Assembly (NCBI GenBank): GCA_038062975.1
Contig: JBBTWC010000017.1
Location: 1-51,090, forward strand
DNA length: 51,090 nt
Direction of reading: 5' to 3'
From: Patescibacteria group bacterium
Lineage (GTDB): Bacteria > Patescibacteriota > Minisyncoccia > Moranbacterales > UBA1568
Positions 26,840 to 36,068 of the stretch are shown here, in pieces; position 1 is the stretch's first letter; each line of letters starts with the position of its first letter. Below the pieces are notes generated by a model. The model was not told the DNA's origin. It saw only the letters and a list, made by a program, of their open reading frames with translations, and made no database searches. The position numbers and the translations under genes are program-made.

Positions 26840-28287
26840 ACCATTTTTTTAATTCCTGTTTGAATTTTTTCAATCTCTTTATCTATCCTTTCCATATCGT
26901 TCAAAATCTCCCTCGGACTACGCAAAGCAACTTCTTCCGCTTTATTCGGATTCTTGACTGACAAATCCCAGGTCTTTTCATTAATATTCGCTACATCTAC
27001 TGACCATGAATTTCCACTTTCTCCCTGAGTTTTCTGTAATTTCACAAATTCCTCTAAGTCTTTCTCATTAAGAGAGTTAGTCTTTCCGAGATTACGCCCT
27101 GGATTGAGTTGATAGTACCAGATTTTCTTGGTTGGAATTCCTTTCTCAAAAAAAAGCACTACTGTCTTTACTCCGGCCCCCTGAAAGGCTCCTCCAGGTA
27201 AATCTAGTACCGTATACAAATTACAACTCTCCAAAAGCATTTTACGAAGACTCACTGAAGCATTGTCAGTATTCGAGAGAAAGGTATTTTTGATAACTAT
27301 CCCTGCTCTGCCCTTAGCTTTAAGCATCTTGATAAAATGCTGCAGAAAGAGAGAGGCAGTCTCTCCTGTTTTAATAGGAAAATTCTGTTGGATTTCTCGT
27401 CCTATACCTGCTCCAAAGGGCGGGTTGGCAAGAATAATATTATATCGATCCTTTTCTTGAATATCGTTGAGATTTTCTGCCAGGGTATTCGTATGTCTTA
27501 TATTTGGCGCTTCTATCCCGTGAAGAATCATATTCATGATACCTATGATATAGGCTAGTGACTTGATTTCTTTTCCATAAAAAGTCTCATTCTGCAGTAT
27601 CTGCATCTGTTTGGATGAGAGTCTGATCTGATTCTCAGTCAGATAGTTATATGCTTCCACCAAGAAACCCGCAGAGCCACAGGCTCCATCGTATACTTTG
27701 TCTCCAATTTTTGGATTTACTATTCTGACAATTGTCTTGATAAGCGGACGAGGCGTATAGTATTCTCCTCCATTGCGACCAGCATTGCCCATTCTTTGAA
27801 TTTTAGCTTCGTACAGATGCGAGAGCTCGTGCTTCTCCTCGTAAAGACGAAAATGCATGCCATCTACTATATTCAAAATCTCTCGCAGTTTATAACCACT
27901 TGATATTCTATTTTTCAGCTCACTAAATATCTCTCCAATTTTATACTCAATAGTATCTGGTTCTTCTGCTTTGAATTTCTTAAGATACGGAAAAAGCATG
28001 AGATTCACAAAATCATTCAAGTCATCACCATCTAAGGCCTTATGGTGATCTAATTTTCCATCTTTAGTCTTGGGGCATGCCCAAGAATTCCAACGATATT
28101 TCTCCTCTAGAATGTACTCGTATTGCTTACCTGACAGTGCCGCTTCTGTTTTCTTAATCTCATCAAGGTCATCAAGATATTTAAGGAAAAGAATCCAGGA
28201 AGTCTGCTCCACATAATCAAGTTCCGTGGCACATCCCGAGTCTGAACGAAGGACATTATCAATATTTTTGAAAGCTTGCTCAAACAT
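26836..28287 (-). CDS. hsdM: Type I R-M N6-adenine DNA methyltransferase subunit
   Basis: Motif I is YDGACGSAGFL and motif IV is ILANPPFG. The HsdM_N-like start is FKNIDNVLRSDSGCATELDYVEQTSWILFLKYLDD. Confidence 0.93.
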   Translation of the reverse strand: MFEQAFKNIDNVLRSDSGCATELDYVEQTSWILFLKYLDDLDEIKKTEAALSGKQYEYILEEKYRWNSWACPKTKDGKLDHHKALDGDDLNDFVNLMLFPYLKKFKAEEPDTIEYKIGEIFSELKNRISSGYKLREILNIVDGMHFRLYEEKHELSHLYEAKIQRMGNAGRNGGEYYTPRPLIKTIVRIVNPKIGDKVYDGACGSAGFLVEAYNYLTENQIRLSSKQMQILQNETFYGKEIKSLAYIIGIMNMILHGIEAPNIRHTNTLAENLNDIQEKDRYNIILANPPFGAGIGREIQQNFPIKTGETASLFLQHFIKMLKAKGRAGIVIKNTFLSNTDNASVSLRKMLLESCNLYTVLDLPGGAFQGAGVKTVVLFFEKGIPTKKIWYYQLNPGRNLGKTNSLNEKDLEEFVKLQKTQGESGNSWSVDVANINEKTWDLSVKNPNKAEEVALRSPREILNDMERIDKEIEKIQTGIKKMV

Positions 28288-28373
28288 GCCTTGTACTTCA
28301 TTAAATACTTCGACAAAATTAGATTACCATAAAAATGACCTTTAATATAGCCTTTTTCTGTCTTAATTTAAGC

Positions 28374-28397
28374 AAAAAACCTGCCGAAGCAGGTTTT
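28374..28397 (-). terminator. Rho-independent terminator separating the HD-like gene from the R-M operon
   Basis: AAAACCTGC, cgaa, GCAGGTTTT. On the minus strand it is followed by TTTTTTG. Confidence 0.75.
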
Positions 28398-28405
28398 GGA
28401 AGGAA

Positions 28406-29320
28406 TCAAACTTGGTCTGTGGATTCTGCAGGAAGGAAGCGTTTGTAGCCCATGTCGTCTAGCAGGATCTGAAGATTCTCTTTGGTACTCTTGGATTCAT
28501 CGTAGAGCTTCTGACGGCGTTCGGCGCGTTCTTCGCAGAGCTTGATACTCTCATCAAAACGAGTAAGCTTGTTTTTTACAAACTCTGGAACTTCTTCGCG
28601 ATTCCAATATATTTTCTGGCCACCGGCATACGCCACCTGACTATTGGTCCAACGAATAACTTCTTGGTACAAGGCTTTCAAGGTTTCTTCATCCAAAGTG
28701 TCGAGCTGTGGGAGAAATCGATCTTCATTAAATACATTGTCACCATCTTTGAGAAAGTGTTCTGGATCACGTCCGGCTGTCCCGAGATCGGCTGCGGCTA
28801 CTGCCCAGGTAACGGGATGAGATTCTTTTGTCAGACTTGGCTGAATAACTGTCATCAACGTTACCTCGAAGCTTGGGATTGTTCCCTCAACTCCCTCGTC
28901 AATAAGACGAATATCTTTTTCATCAAGCTCGAGTCCTTCTTCCTTCAACAGCTCTTGAATATGCTTTCCGCTTCGCATTTCAATAGCACCTGTTTCTCTG
29001 GCTCGGCGCATACCGATACCGTTTAATGCCGGTTGCATGGTATAGGTCTGATCAATATCATGACCACGACCAATAGTCTTGGCAATCATCTTTTCTTTTG
29101 CGCTCACTTGTTCTTCTGGGAGCTCTTCGAGAAAATCTACTGCTACATCCCCTACCCCGACGCTATGGTCAGGATTGTGATATTCCATCTCACTAAAGTT
29201 CTCTTGAAGTTCGGCCAAAAGACGCTCGTTTACTTTTTCACAAGCTTGTCGAACTTTTTCCAATTTTGCTTCCGGACTTTCCTGATTCGGTGCAGCAGGA
29301 GGCATTTCAAATCTGTTCAT
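28406..29320 (-). CDS. Hypothetical protein with possible HD-type metal-dependent phosphohydrolase motif
   Basis: YHNPDHSVGV ... GRGHDIDQ fits the H...HD pattern. The rest is unrecognised. Confidence 0.5.
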   Translation of the reverse strand: MNRFEMPPAAPNQESPEAKLEKVRQACEKVNERLLAELQENFSEMEYHNPDHSVGVGDVAVDFLEELPEEQVSAKEKMIAKTIGRGHDIDQTYTMQPALNGIGMRRARETGAIEMRSGKHIQELLKEEGLELDEKDIRLIDEGVEGTIPSFEVTLMTVIQPSLTKESHPVTWAVAAADLGTAGRDPEHFLKDGDNVFNEDRFLPQLDTLDEETLKALYQEVIRWTNSQVAYAGGQKIYWNREEVPEFVKNKLTRFDESIKLCEERAERRQKLYDESKSTKENLQILLDDMGYKRFLPAESTDQV

Positions 29321-29381
29321 ACTGATTGTATTAAGGTGTAAGTCATAGCTATTTTAGCAAAAATAGCTCTTTTCAGCCAAA

Positions 29382-29942
29382 TTACATTTTATTCGCCCGA
29401 AGCGTTGCTCGATGCTCCAAATATCTTGGAAGAGTCTTTTCCATTAATTTCCAGAATTTCTGAGAGTGATTAAACTCCTTCAAATGACACAGTTCGTGGA
29501 CAATAACATAGTCTGCGAGTTCAGGGGCAATGATGGCAATCTTGTAGTTAAACGACAGATTCCCCTGCTTTGAACAACTACCCCAACGAGTCTTCTGATT
29601 ACGAATTGAAACCCTGTTCCACTGGAAGCCGTAAAATTGATTGAAGTGCTCCAATCGTTCCTCTGCTAATTTTCTCGCCTGTTCTTTGTACTGCTTATAT
29701 TCCTTATCACTGCCTTTGATAAACGTATGCGCTGGATGCTTGATAAAATAGTCGAGCTTTTCAAAAATCCATGTAGCACGACTGACAAGAAAACGCTCAA
29801 CCGCTCTCTGGCTCATACGCCACGGAACAGAGACAGAAACAGAGCCGTCTGGATAGACGGAGAGGCGCATATACCGCGTTCGGCGATTCTTCCGAAGGGT
29901 ATATTTCATCTTTTGCTCTTGGATGATAATTTCCTGTTTCAT
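29382..29942 (-). CDS. DUF45 / YgjP-like zinc metallopeptidase (M48-related)
   Basis: Motifs seen: HELCHLKEFNHSQKFW (HExxH), RWGSCS, and LRKNRRTRYMRLSV. Confidence 0.85.
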   Translation of the reverse strand: MKQEIIIQEQKMKYTLRKNRRTRYMRLSVYPDGSVSVSVPWRMSQRAVERFLVSRATWIFEKLDYFIKHPAHTFIKGSDKEYKQYKEQARKLAEERLEHFNQFYGFQWNRVSIRNQKTRWGSCSKQGNLSFNYKIAIIAPELADYVIVHELCHLKEFNHSQKFWKLMEKTLPRYLEHRATLRANKM

Positions 29943-30045
29943 ACGGTAATTGACTCACTTCCTCCTCTATTATAGACTGTAGCTGCATGTGCCGTACACT
30001 CCCTTGCTGAAAATGCCCTTGGGAGTTCTTTTTTTCAAAACCCCT

Positions 30046-30576
30046 ATGACCCGAAATAGAAGCGAAAAAACACAGGAAGAAAAGGCAGAAAGCCTGGAAC
30101 TTTTGGCCCTGACAGCTACCAAGTATATCGGTTCACTTCCCTCCCTCATTGCTCATTCCCTCTTTTTCGTCGGTATTTTTTCCTTGTCTCTCTTTGGGTT
30201 TGGGTTTGATCAGATCCTCCTTATACTCACTACGGTCGTCTCACTCGAGGCTATCTATCTTTCCATCTTTATTCAGATGACCGTCAATCACCAGAGTAAA
30301 CAGATTGCTGAAGTCAGTGAAGATGTGGAAGATATCGTAGAAGACATTGAAGGGATTTCCGAAGACATGGAAGAAATTTCCAAAGACATTGATGATATCC
30401 AAGAAGACGTTGAAGAAATCAGCGATGATGTGGAAGAGCTGGGAGAAGAGATTGAAAAAGATGATCAAGAAGATGCCAAAGAACACGCTTTGGAAGTTGA
30501 AAAGATTGAAAAGATCGAGGTCCTCTTAAACACCCTCCTGACCGAAATCAAAGACATCAAAGAAAAGAAGGGTTAA
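30046..30576 (+). CDS. DUF1003-like membrane protein with acidic heptad-repeat tail
   Basis: Two TM helices end in SLEAIYLSIFIQMTVNHQ. Then comes EDVEDIVEDIEGISEDMEEISKDIDDIQEDVEEISDDVEELGEEIE. The start is uncertain (GTG at 29989 or ATG at 30046). Confidence 0.6.
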   Translation: MTRNRSEKTQEEKAESLELLALTATKYIGSLPSLIAHSLFFVGIFSLSLFGFGFDQILLILTTVVSLEAIYLSIFIQMTVNHQSKQIAEVSEDVEDIVEDIEGISEDMEEISKDIDDIQEDVEEISDDVEELGEEIEKDDQEDAKEHALEVEKIEKIEVLLNTLLTEIKDIKEKKG

Positions 30577-32222
30577 TAAGTGAGGCACCCCGCAGGGAAA
30601 GTCACTTCTTCAGAAACAATATCAGCTATCGTAAACGAAGCGCTCAGAGTTCCGAAAGGAAGAGACTCTGGAGCGTTTTTTTCTGGTTTGTTTTCTGAAA
30701 GAAAGAGGTGATGCAATCCAGCTGGCACGGACTCTTCTCCACGCATATAGCAACTCGGGTAGCCAAGCTCTTTCGAAAGGACATAGTACATAGATTTCGT
30801 ATAGCGACTTTCTCCAGAAATGAACACGGGCTCGCCCTTGGGAAAATGTTGGCTCGCCCCTTTCCCAATAGCCCTCAATTGTCCCAGAGTTACCTTGGGC
30901 TCAGAACCGAAACGAAGGTCCCGAGAACTTTCTTCAGCAGAAACTTGCGAACGAGCTAGCTCACCAAGAAACAAAAGGGTTGTCTGAAGATTAATTCCTA
31001 GAATAACAATCCCGAAAAAGAGAATAATGCGTTTCCACCACAGACTCGATGAAAGACTGAGTATACACTCTATTCCCAGACCCAAGAGAATAAAGAAGGC
31101 CGGTACAATACCGAGATAAAAGCGCGTCTGCACTTCATAGGCAACAAGGATTGTCACAAGAAAGAATCCAGCACTCCAGAGGAGAATAAACGAGAGATCC
31201 CTCTTCCGCCGAGCGTCTTTTTCTTTCTTCCATCCAAGGAAAGAAACTATCAGAACAAATGTAAACAAAACCAAAGCCGAAAGTGTATACGGCATCGCTT
31301 CGTCACACTTCTTATCACACTTGAGAGAGAAACCTTTGAAAGCAATGACATCTGTATCTTGATTTCCCGTATCCATAAGCCACAGATTCCGTGCATTGTG
31401 CTGATAGGCACGGATGACTTTCTCAATACTATTATGTCCTTTGTCTTGATATGTATCATCTTGTACCGCACCAAAAAACTTTCCCATATTTCCCCCGCCC
31501 GTCTGATACTCAGAGAGAAATATTGGACCTTGCATTACCACAATAATACTCAAAGCTAAAAGAACTTCTTTCCATTTCAAAGTTCGAGAAAAAAGAATAA
31601 AGAGAACGAGGCTGAAACCAAGTGCGACCGTTGGAACCAAATGAAGTTGCGCGATGATACCAAAGGCAAATGCCGAAGAAACTAATAACCAAAGACGCTT
31701 CCTCCCAGTTGCATCAAGCGCGGAAAGAAAAAACACCGTAAAAAGAGCTGTAAAAAACGGAAGGGAATTTGGGTTCCAAGCAAAACGTGAAAAGGTAACC
31801 AAGAGCAAAGAAACACTCGAAAGGGTCGTAAGCCACAAAGAAAGCGGTACAGAAAAAAAGCGTCTGAAGAGTAAAAAGAAAACTGGAATTACCAAGATAC
31901 CAAACAAAAGATCTGGGTACGCCAGACTCTCTACTGATCCACCAAAAATCTTTCCAGAAAGGTATTGGAAATAATATGTTGCAGGGCCAAGTTTGAATTC
32001 CGTACTCCCAGCCTGAGGACCAAGGAGCGGGAGTGTCTGAAACCCTTCCTGAAAAGCCGTGTGCATAATAAGTGCGTCGCGGGCTTGATCAGATTTCAAC
32101 ACTAACAAATCACTCTGATGCCAAACACGAAGCCCAACACCGAGAAGCAAAATAACGAAAAGCGCTCCCACAACAGGGCGCTTCATATTCTTGTGAATTG
32201 TTTCTAAAAGTATACTCATCAC
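30573..32222 (-). CDS. Polytopic membrane glycosyltransferase, GT39/ArnT-like
   Basis: 549 aa with more than 10 hydrophobic segments and a soluble C-terminal domain. The overall architecture is PMT/ArnT-like. I verified no catalytic motif. Confidence 0.5.
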   Translation of the reverse strand: MMSILLETIHKNMKRPVVGALFVILLLGVGLRVWHQSDLLVLKSDQARDALIMHTAFQEGFQTLPLLGPQAGSTEFKLGPATYYFQYLSGKIFGGSVESLAYPDLLFGILVIPVFFLLFRRFFSVPLSLWLTTLSSVSLLLVTFSRFAWNPNSLPFFTALFTVFFLSALDATGRKRLWLLVSSAFAFGIIAQLHLVPTVALGFSLVLFILFSRTLKWKEVLLALSIIVVMQGPIFLSEYQTGGGNMGKFFGAVQDDTYQDKGHNSIEKVIRAYQHNARNLWLMDTGNQDTDVIAFKGFSLKCDKKCDEAMPYTLSALVLFTFVLIVSFLGWKKEKDARRKRDLSFILLWSAGFFLVTILVAYEVQTRFYLGIVPAFFILLGLGIECILSLSSSLWWKRIILFFGIVILGINLQTTLLFLGELARSQVSAEESSRDLRFGSEPKVTLGQLRAIGKGASQHFPKGEPVFISGESRYTKSMYYVLSKELGYPSCYMRGEESVPAGLHHLFLSENKPEKNAPESLPFGTLSASFTIADIVSEEVTFPAGCLTY

Positions 32223-32266
32223 TCCTCCGAAAAGTTTCTGAGTTTATTATACCCTATGAGAGCAAT

Positions 32267-34861
32267 TTATTTCTTTTTCGGTGCCAGGACTTTGCGAAGA
32301 TAGAAGCCTGTATGAGAACCAGCTTTTCTCGCCACTTCTTCTGGTGTACCAGTAGCGACAACTTTGCCACCGCCGATTCCCCCTTCAGGTCCGATATCGA
32401 TAATATAGTCTGCGGATTTAATAAGATCCATATTGTGCTCAATAACCAATACAGTATTTCCCTTGGCTACCAGACGCTCAAGAATCTCGATAAGTTTTTT
32501 CACGTCTTCATAATGCAGACCGATCGTTGGTTCATCGAGAAGATAGATGGTGCGCTCGACGTGCTGACGGTACAGTTCTGAAGAAATCTTTACACGCTGC
32601 GCTTCTCCACCAGACAGTGTCGTGGCTGATTGCCCTAGCTTCAAATATCCAAGTCCTACTTCATTGAGTGTTTTCAAACGATCGGCGATAGCCGGAATTT
32701 CAAAGAAGAAAGCATACGCCTCTTCAATTGTCATCTCGAGCACTTCATAAATATTTTTGTGCTTGTAACGCACTTCCAATGTTTCTTTAGTAAAGCGCTT
32801 TCCATCACACACATCACACGGCACATACACCGTTGGTAAAAAGTGCATCTCTACGGCAATAAATCCATTTCCTTCACAAGTTTCACAACGTCCACCTGGG
32901 CGGTTGAATGAGAAACGCCCTGCTTTCCATCCGCGTACACGAGCTTCTTCGGATGCTGCAAACAAATCACGCACGTGCGTCCAGGCACCAGTATAGGTTG
33001 CTGGATTAGAACGAGGCGTGCGACCAATAGGGCTTTGGTCAATAAGGACTACTCGGGAAAGATACTCAGACCCCGTAAAACTCTTACAGTTGAAGACTTT
33101 GTTTGATTTGTACCGGCGATCAAAACGAGCCTGAAGGTTCTTGTGAATAATCTCGTACATCAAACTCGACTTTCCTGATCCAGAAACTCCAGTAATCACA
33201 TTGAACCGACCGAGAGGAATCTCGACATTCATGTCTTGAATATTGAACAAGTTTCCGCCACGGATTTTGATTTCTCCTTTTTCTTTGGCGCGACGCTTCT
33301 CGGGAATTGGTACTGATTCTTCTCCACGCAGGTACGCGAGTGTCAGTGATCCTGATTTATTCTTCGGTGCCGTCAGGAGATCATCTAAATAGCCGGAAAC
33401 AACAATCTCTCCTCCGTGCACACCGGCTCCTGGTCCAATATCAACGATATAGTCAGAAGCGTAGATGGTGTCTTCGTCGTGCTCAACAATAATAATAGTA
33501 TTCCCCAAACTTCGCAGTGCCTGAAGCGTTTCGATAAGGCGCTCGTTGTCACGCTGATGAAGGCCAATGGTTGGTTCATCCAGCACATACAATGCTCCTA
33601 CCAATTGAGAACCAAGTTGGCTCGCCAAACGAATACGCTGAGCCTCTCCACCAGAAAGCGTGTTGGCACGACGATCCAAGGTAAGATAATTTAAACCAAC
33701 ATTTAAGAGGAAGCGTAAACGACTCCCAATTTCACGCAGAACCACGGAGGCAATTTGACGTTCTCGTTCCGTAAGCTCAAGTCCATCCAAAAATTCAAGA
33801 GTAGCGTCCGTCATCATTTTAGTGACTTCTACAATATTCTTGCCACCAATCTTGATATGTAACGCTTCTTCACGTAAACGAGAGCCGTGACACACTTCGC
33901 AAGGTTCATCTCCAAAAAAATGTTTTGTCCCAAGTCCATTACAAGCTTCACAGGCTCCGTACGGAGAGTTGAATGAGAAAAGACGAGGCTCAACTTCTGG
34001 ATATGAAAATCCATCATACGGACAAGAAAACTTTGAAGACATAACAAATTTTTCTTTGCCCATGTGCACCTGAACCAACCCTTCGCTTTCGAGGATAGCT
34101 CGTTCCACTGCTTCGGCCAGACGCTCTTCTGATGTCTGGGGAAATTTTTCAAATTCTTGCAATGGTATTTCATCGACAATTAAATCAATATCATGCTTTT
34201 TGTTTTTTGAAAGCACTACCTGCTCACGAAGACTTTTCCGTGCACCATCGAGAAGAATTTCTGAATATCCACGACCAAGCGCATTGTACAAAAGCTGATA
34301 GTATTCCCCTTTGCGACCACGCACCACTGGTGCGGTAATCAAGAGCACCGCCTTCTTATCTTTTTCTTTGGACAACGTTTCGTGCACACGCTCTGATACT
34401 GTCTCCAGCATTTCTTCTGGAGAAAGTTTTTTGATTTCTCGCTCACAGATAAGACAATGTGGACGTCCTAAGCGCGCATAAAAAACACGTAAGTAATCAT
34501 AAATTTCCGTTACCGTTGCCACGGTAGAACGCGGATTGCGACTGGCGGATTTTTGATCAATAGAAATAGCTGGGGAAAGACCAATAATCTCATCCACATC
34601 CGGCTTTTGCATGGTATTTAAAAACTGACGAGCGTAGGCCGAAAGAGACTCAACATAGCGACGCTGTCCTTCGGCAAAAATAGTATCAAACGCAAGTGAT
34701 GACTTCCCTGAGCCAGAAAGACCCGTAAAGACAACCATCTTATTCCGTGGCATTTCCACGGTCACATTTTTGAGATTGTGGGTACGAGCACCTTTAACAA
34801 TGATGAGCTCGCTTGGCTCAATCTTATGTGAAGCATTTTTTCGTTCAGTTTTTTGTGCCAT
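32267..34861 (-). CDS. UvrA paralog lacking the insertion domain
   Basis: Motifs seen: [32 protein letters not shown], two LSGGEAQR. Only about 12 aa lie between CEACNGLG and CEVCHGSR, versus about 100 aa in the copy at 9108..11933. Confidence 0.9.
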   Translation of the reverse strand: MAQKTERKNASHKIEPSELIIVKGARTHNLKNVTVEMPRNKMVVFTGLSGSGKSSLAFDTIFAEGQRRYVESLSAYARQFLNTMQKPDVDEIIGLSPAISIDQKSASRNPRSTVATVTEIYDYLRVFYARLGRPHCLICEREIKKLSPEEMLETVSERVHETLSKEKDKKAVLLITAPVVRGRKGEYYQLLYNALGRGYSEILLDGARKSLREQVVLSKNKKHDIDLIVDEIPLQEFEKFPQTSEERLAEAVERAILESEGLVQVHMGKEKFVMSSKFSCPYDGFSYPEVEPRLFSFNSPYGACEACNGLGTKHFFGDEPCEVCHGSRLREEALHIKIGGKNIVEVTKMMTDATLEFLDGLELTERERQIASVVLREIGSRLRFLLNVGLNYLTLDRRANTLSGGEAQRIRLASQLGSQLVGALYVLDEPTIGLHQRDNERLIETLQALRSLGNTIIIVEHDEDTIYASDYIVDIGPGAGVHGGEIVVSGYLDDLLTAPKNKSGSLTLAYLRGEESVPIPEKRRAKEKGEIKIRGGNLFNIQDMNVEIPLGRFNVITGVSGSGKSSLMYEIIHKNLQARFDRRYKSNKVFNCKSFTGSEYLSRVVLIDQSPIGRTPRSNPATYTGAWTHVRDLFAASEEARVRGWKAGRFSFNRPGGRCETCEGNGFIAVEMHFLPTVYVPCDVCDGKRFTKETLEVRYKHKNIYEVLEMTIEEAYAFFFEIPAIADRLKTLNEVGLGYLKLGQSATTLSGGEAQRVKISSELYRQHVERTIYLLDEPTIGLHYEDVKKLIEILERLVAKGNTVLVIEHNMDLIKSADYIIDIGPEGGIGGGKVVATGTPEEVARKAGSHTGFYLRKVLAPKKK

Positions 34862-34922
34862 AGAAACGTCTCAAGATGAACAGAAAGTATACCCTATTTT
34901 ATGAAAAGAATCAAGTCTCGAT

Positions 34923-35636
34923 TTATGCCATTCGGACTGCAAAGAAGTCGAGCACCTTGCGATATTCTTCTTCGCGCTCTGGATGAATAACCAGTTCAAT
35001 ACTGCCCTCGGGAAGCGTCTTGGAAAAACTCTCAAAATCACGCACCCAATCAAAACTCATTAAATAGTCCGCAGTAGCAATACCCGAATCTCGAAATTGC
35101 ATCTCTATGTTCTTATGCAAAAAGGAAAGCACGCTTCCAACGATAGGTGCCTCGGGACCCAAGAGCATCCCCTTTTTTCCAAAACGTATATATTGCGCAC
35201 CAAATTCTTTTGCCAGACGCAAAAAGACTTTGGCAAAACTCGGAAAAAAATGCATATGCTCATGAGAATTCAGACCGTCGGGATATCGTCCAAACAAAAG
35301 ATGAAAGCGCTCAATCTGCAGACGCCACTCTCGCTCCACTGAGACAGCATTCACTCTCCCAAGCAAAAAACGAAGTCCAAAATTTAATCCGCGTGTAATG
35401 GCACTCTCTCTTACTTTCTCGCCACTCTTCACAAGATTGATAAGCTCAAGATGAAGATCAATCTGTACTCCCATCTCCAAAAGAGCTTTTGCTTGCTCTT
35501 CGGAAACATAGTGAATGAGGACTGCAACTCGATCCACTTTACCTTCACGAGCAAGACGCAAAATTGGCTCCGCCGTCTGGCGGATACCGTAATCATCAGC
35601 ACAAATAATAAACTTCCGACGAAGTGCTTCCGTCAT
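34923..35636 (-). CDS. ChbG/YdjC-family carbohydrate deacetylase
   Basis: Motifs seen: ICADDYG, NSHEHMHFFP, IELVIHP. Confidence 0.75.
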   Translation of the reverse strand: MTEALRRKFIICADDYGIRQTAEPILRLAREGKVDRVAVLIHYVSEEQAKALLEMGVQIDLHLELINLVKSGEKVRESAITRGLNFGLRFLLGRVNAVSVEREWRLQIERFHLLFGRYPDGLNSHEHMHFFPSFAKVFLRLAKEFGAQYIRFGKKGMLLGPEAPIVGSVLSFLHKNIEMQFRDSGIATADYLMSFDWVRDFESFSKTLPEGSIELVIHPEREEEYRKVLDFFAVRMA

Positions 35637-35652
35637 AAGAAGAAAGTCAAAG

Positions 35653-35961
35653 TTACTTTTGTTTTTGTATCACGACACGAGTTCCATCAAATACTACTCC
35701 TTCTTTTTTGAGGAGCTTAGCTTTTGCGACACTCCCTCCTCGATTGTACTCACCGATTGATCCATCTGAACGCACTACACGATGACAAGGAATATCTGCT
35801 GCATAATTCCCCTTCATCATTGTTCCTACAGCCCGAGCAGCTTTTGGCGAACCAGCTTTCCGTGCTACCTCACCATACGTCAAAACTTTTCCTTTGGGAA
35901 TACTGCGTACAATGTTTCGTACTTTCTCTGAAAAATCTTTTTGATCTGTATGCTTCTTCAT
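35653..35961 (-). CDS. ogt: Single-domain O6-alkylguanine-DNA alkyltransferase (MGMT C-terminal domain only)
   Basis: Motifs seen: VLTYGEVA, the active-site IPCHRVV, and GEYNRGG. The protein is 102 aa. Confidence 0.85.
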   Translation of the reverse strand: MKKHTDQKDFSEKVRNIVRSIPKGKVLTYGEVARKAGSPKAARAVGTMMKGNYAADIPCHRVVRSDGSIGEYNRGGSVAKAKLLKKEGVVFDGTRVVIQKQK

Positions 35962-36018
35962 ACTCTTTGTTTACTCTCTATACATACAGAAGTATACAAC
36001 CAACAAAAAGAAAATGCA

Positions 36019-36048
36019 AAGCCCCGCTCTTTTCCAAGTGCGGGGCTT
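36019..36048 (-). terminator. Rho-independent terminator of 36069..36917
   Basis: AAGCCCCGC, a 12-nt loop, GCGGGGCTT. On the minus strand it is followed by TGCATTTTCTTTTT. Confidence 0.7.
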
Positions 36049-36068
36049 GCCACCAAGAAAAGAGGTTT

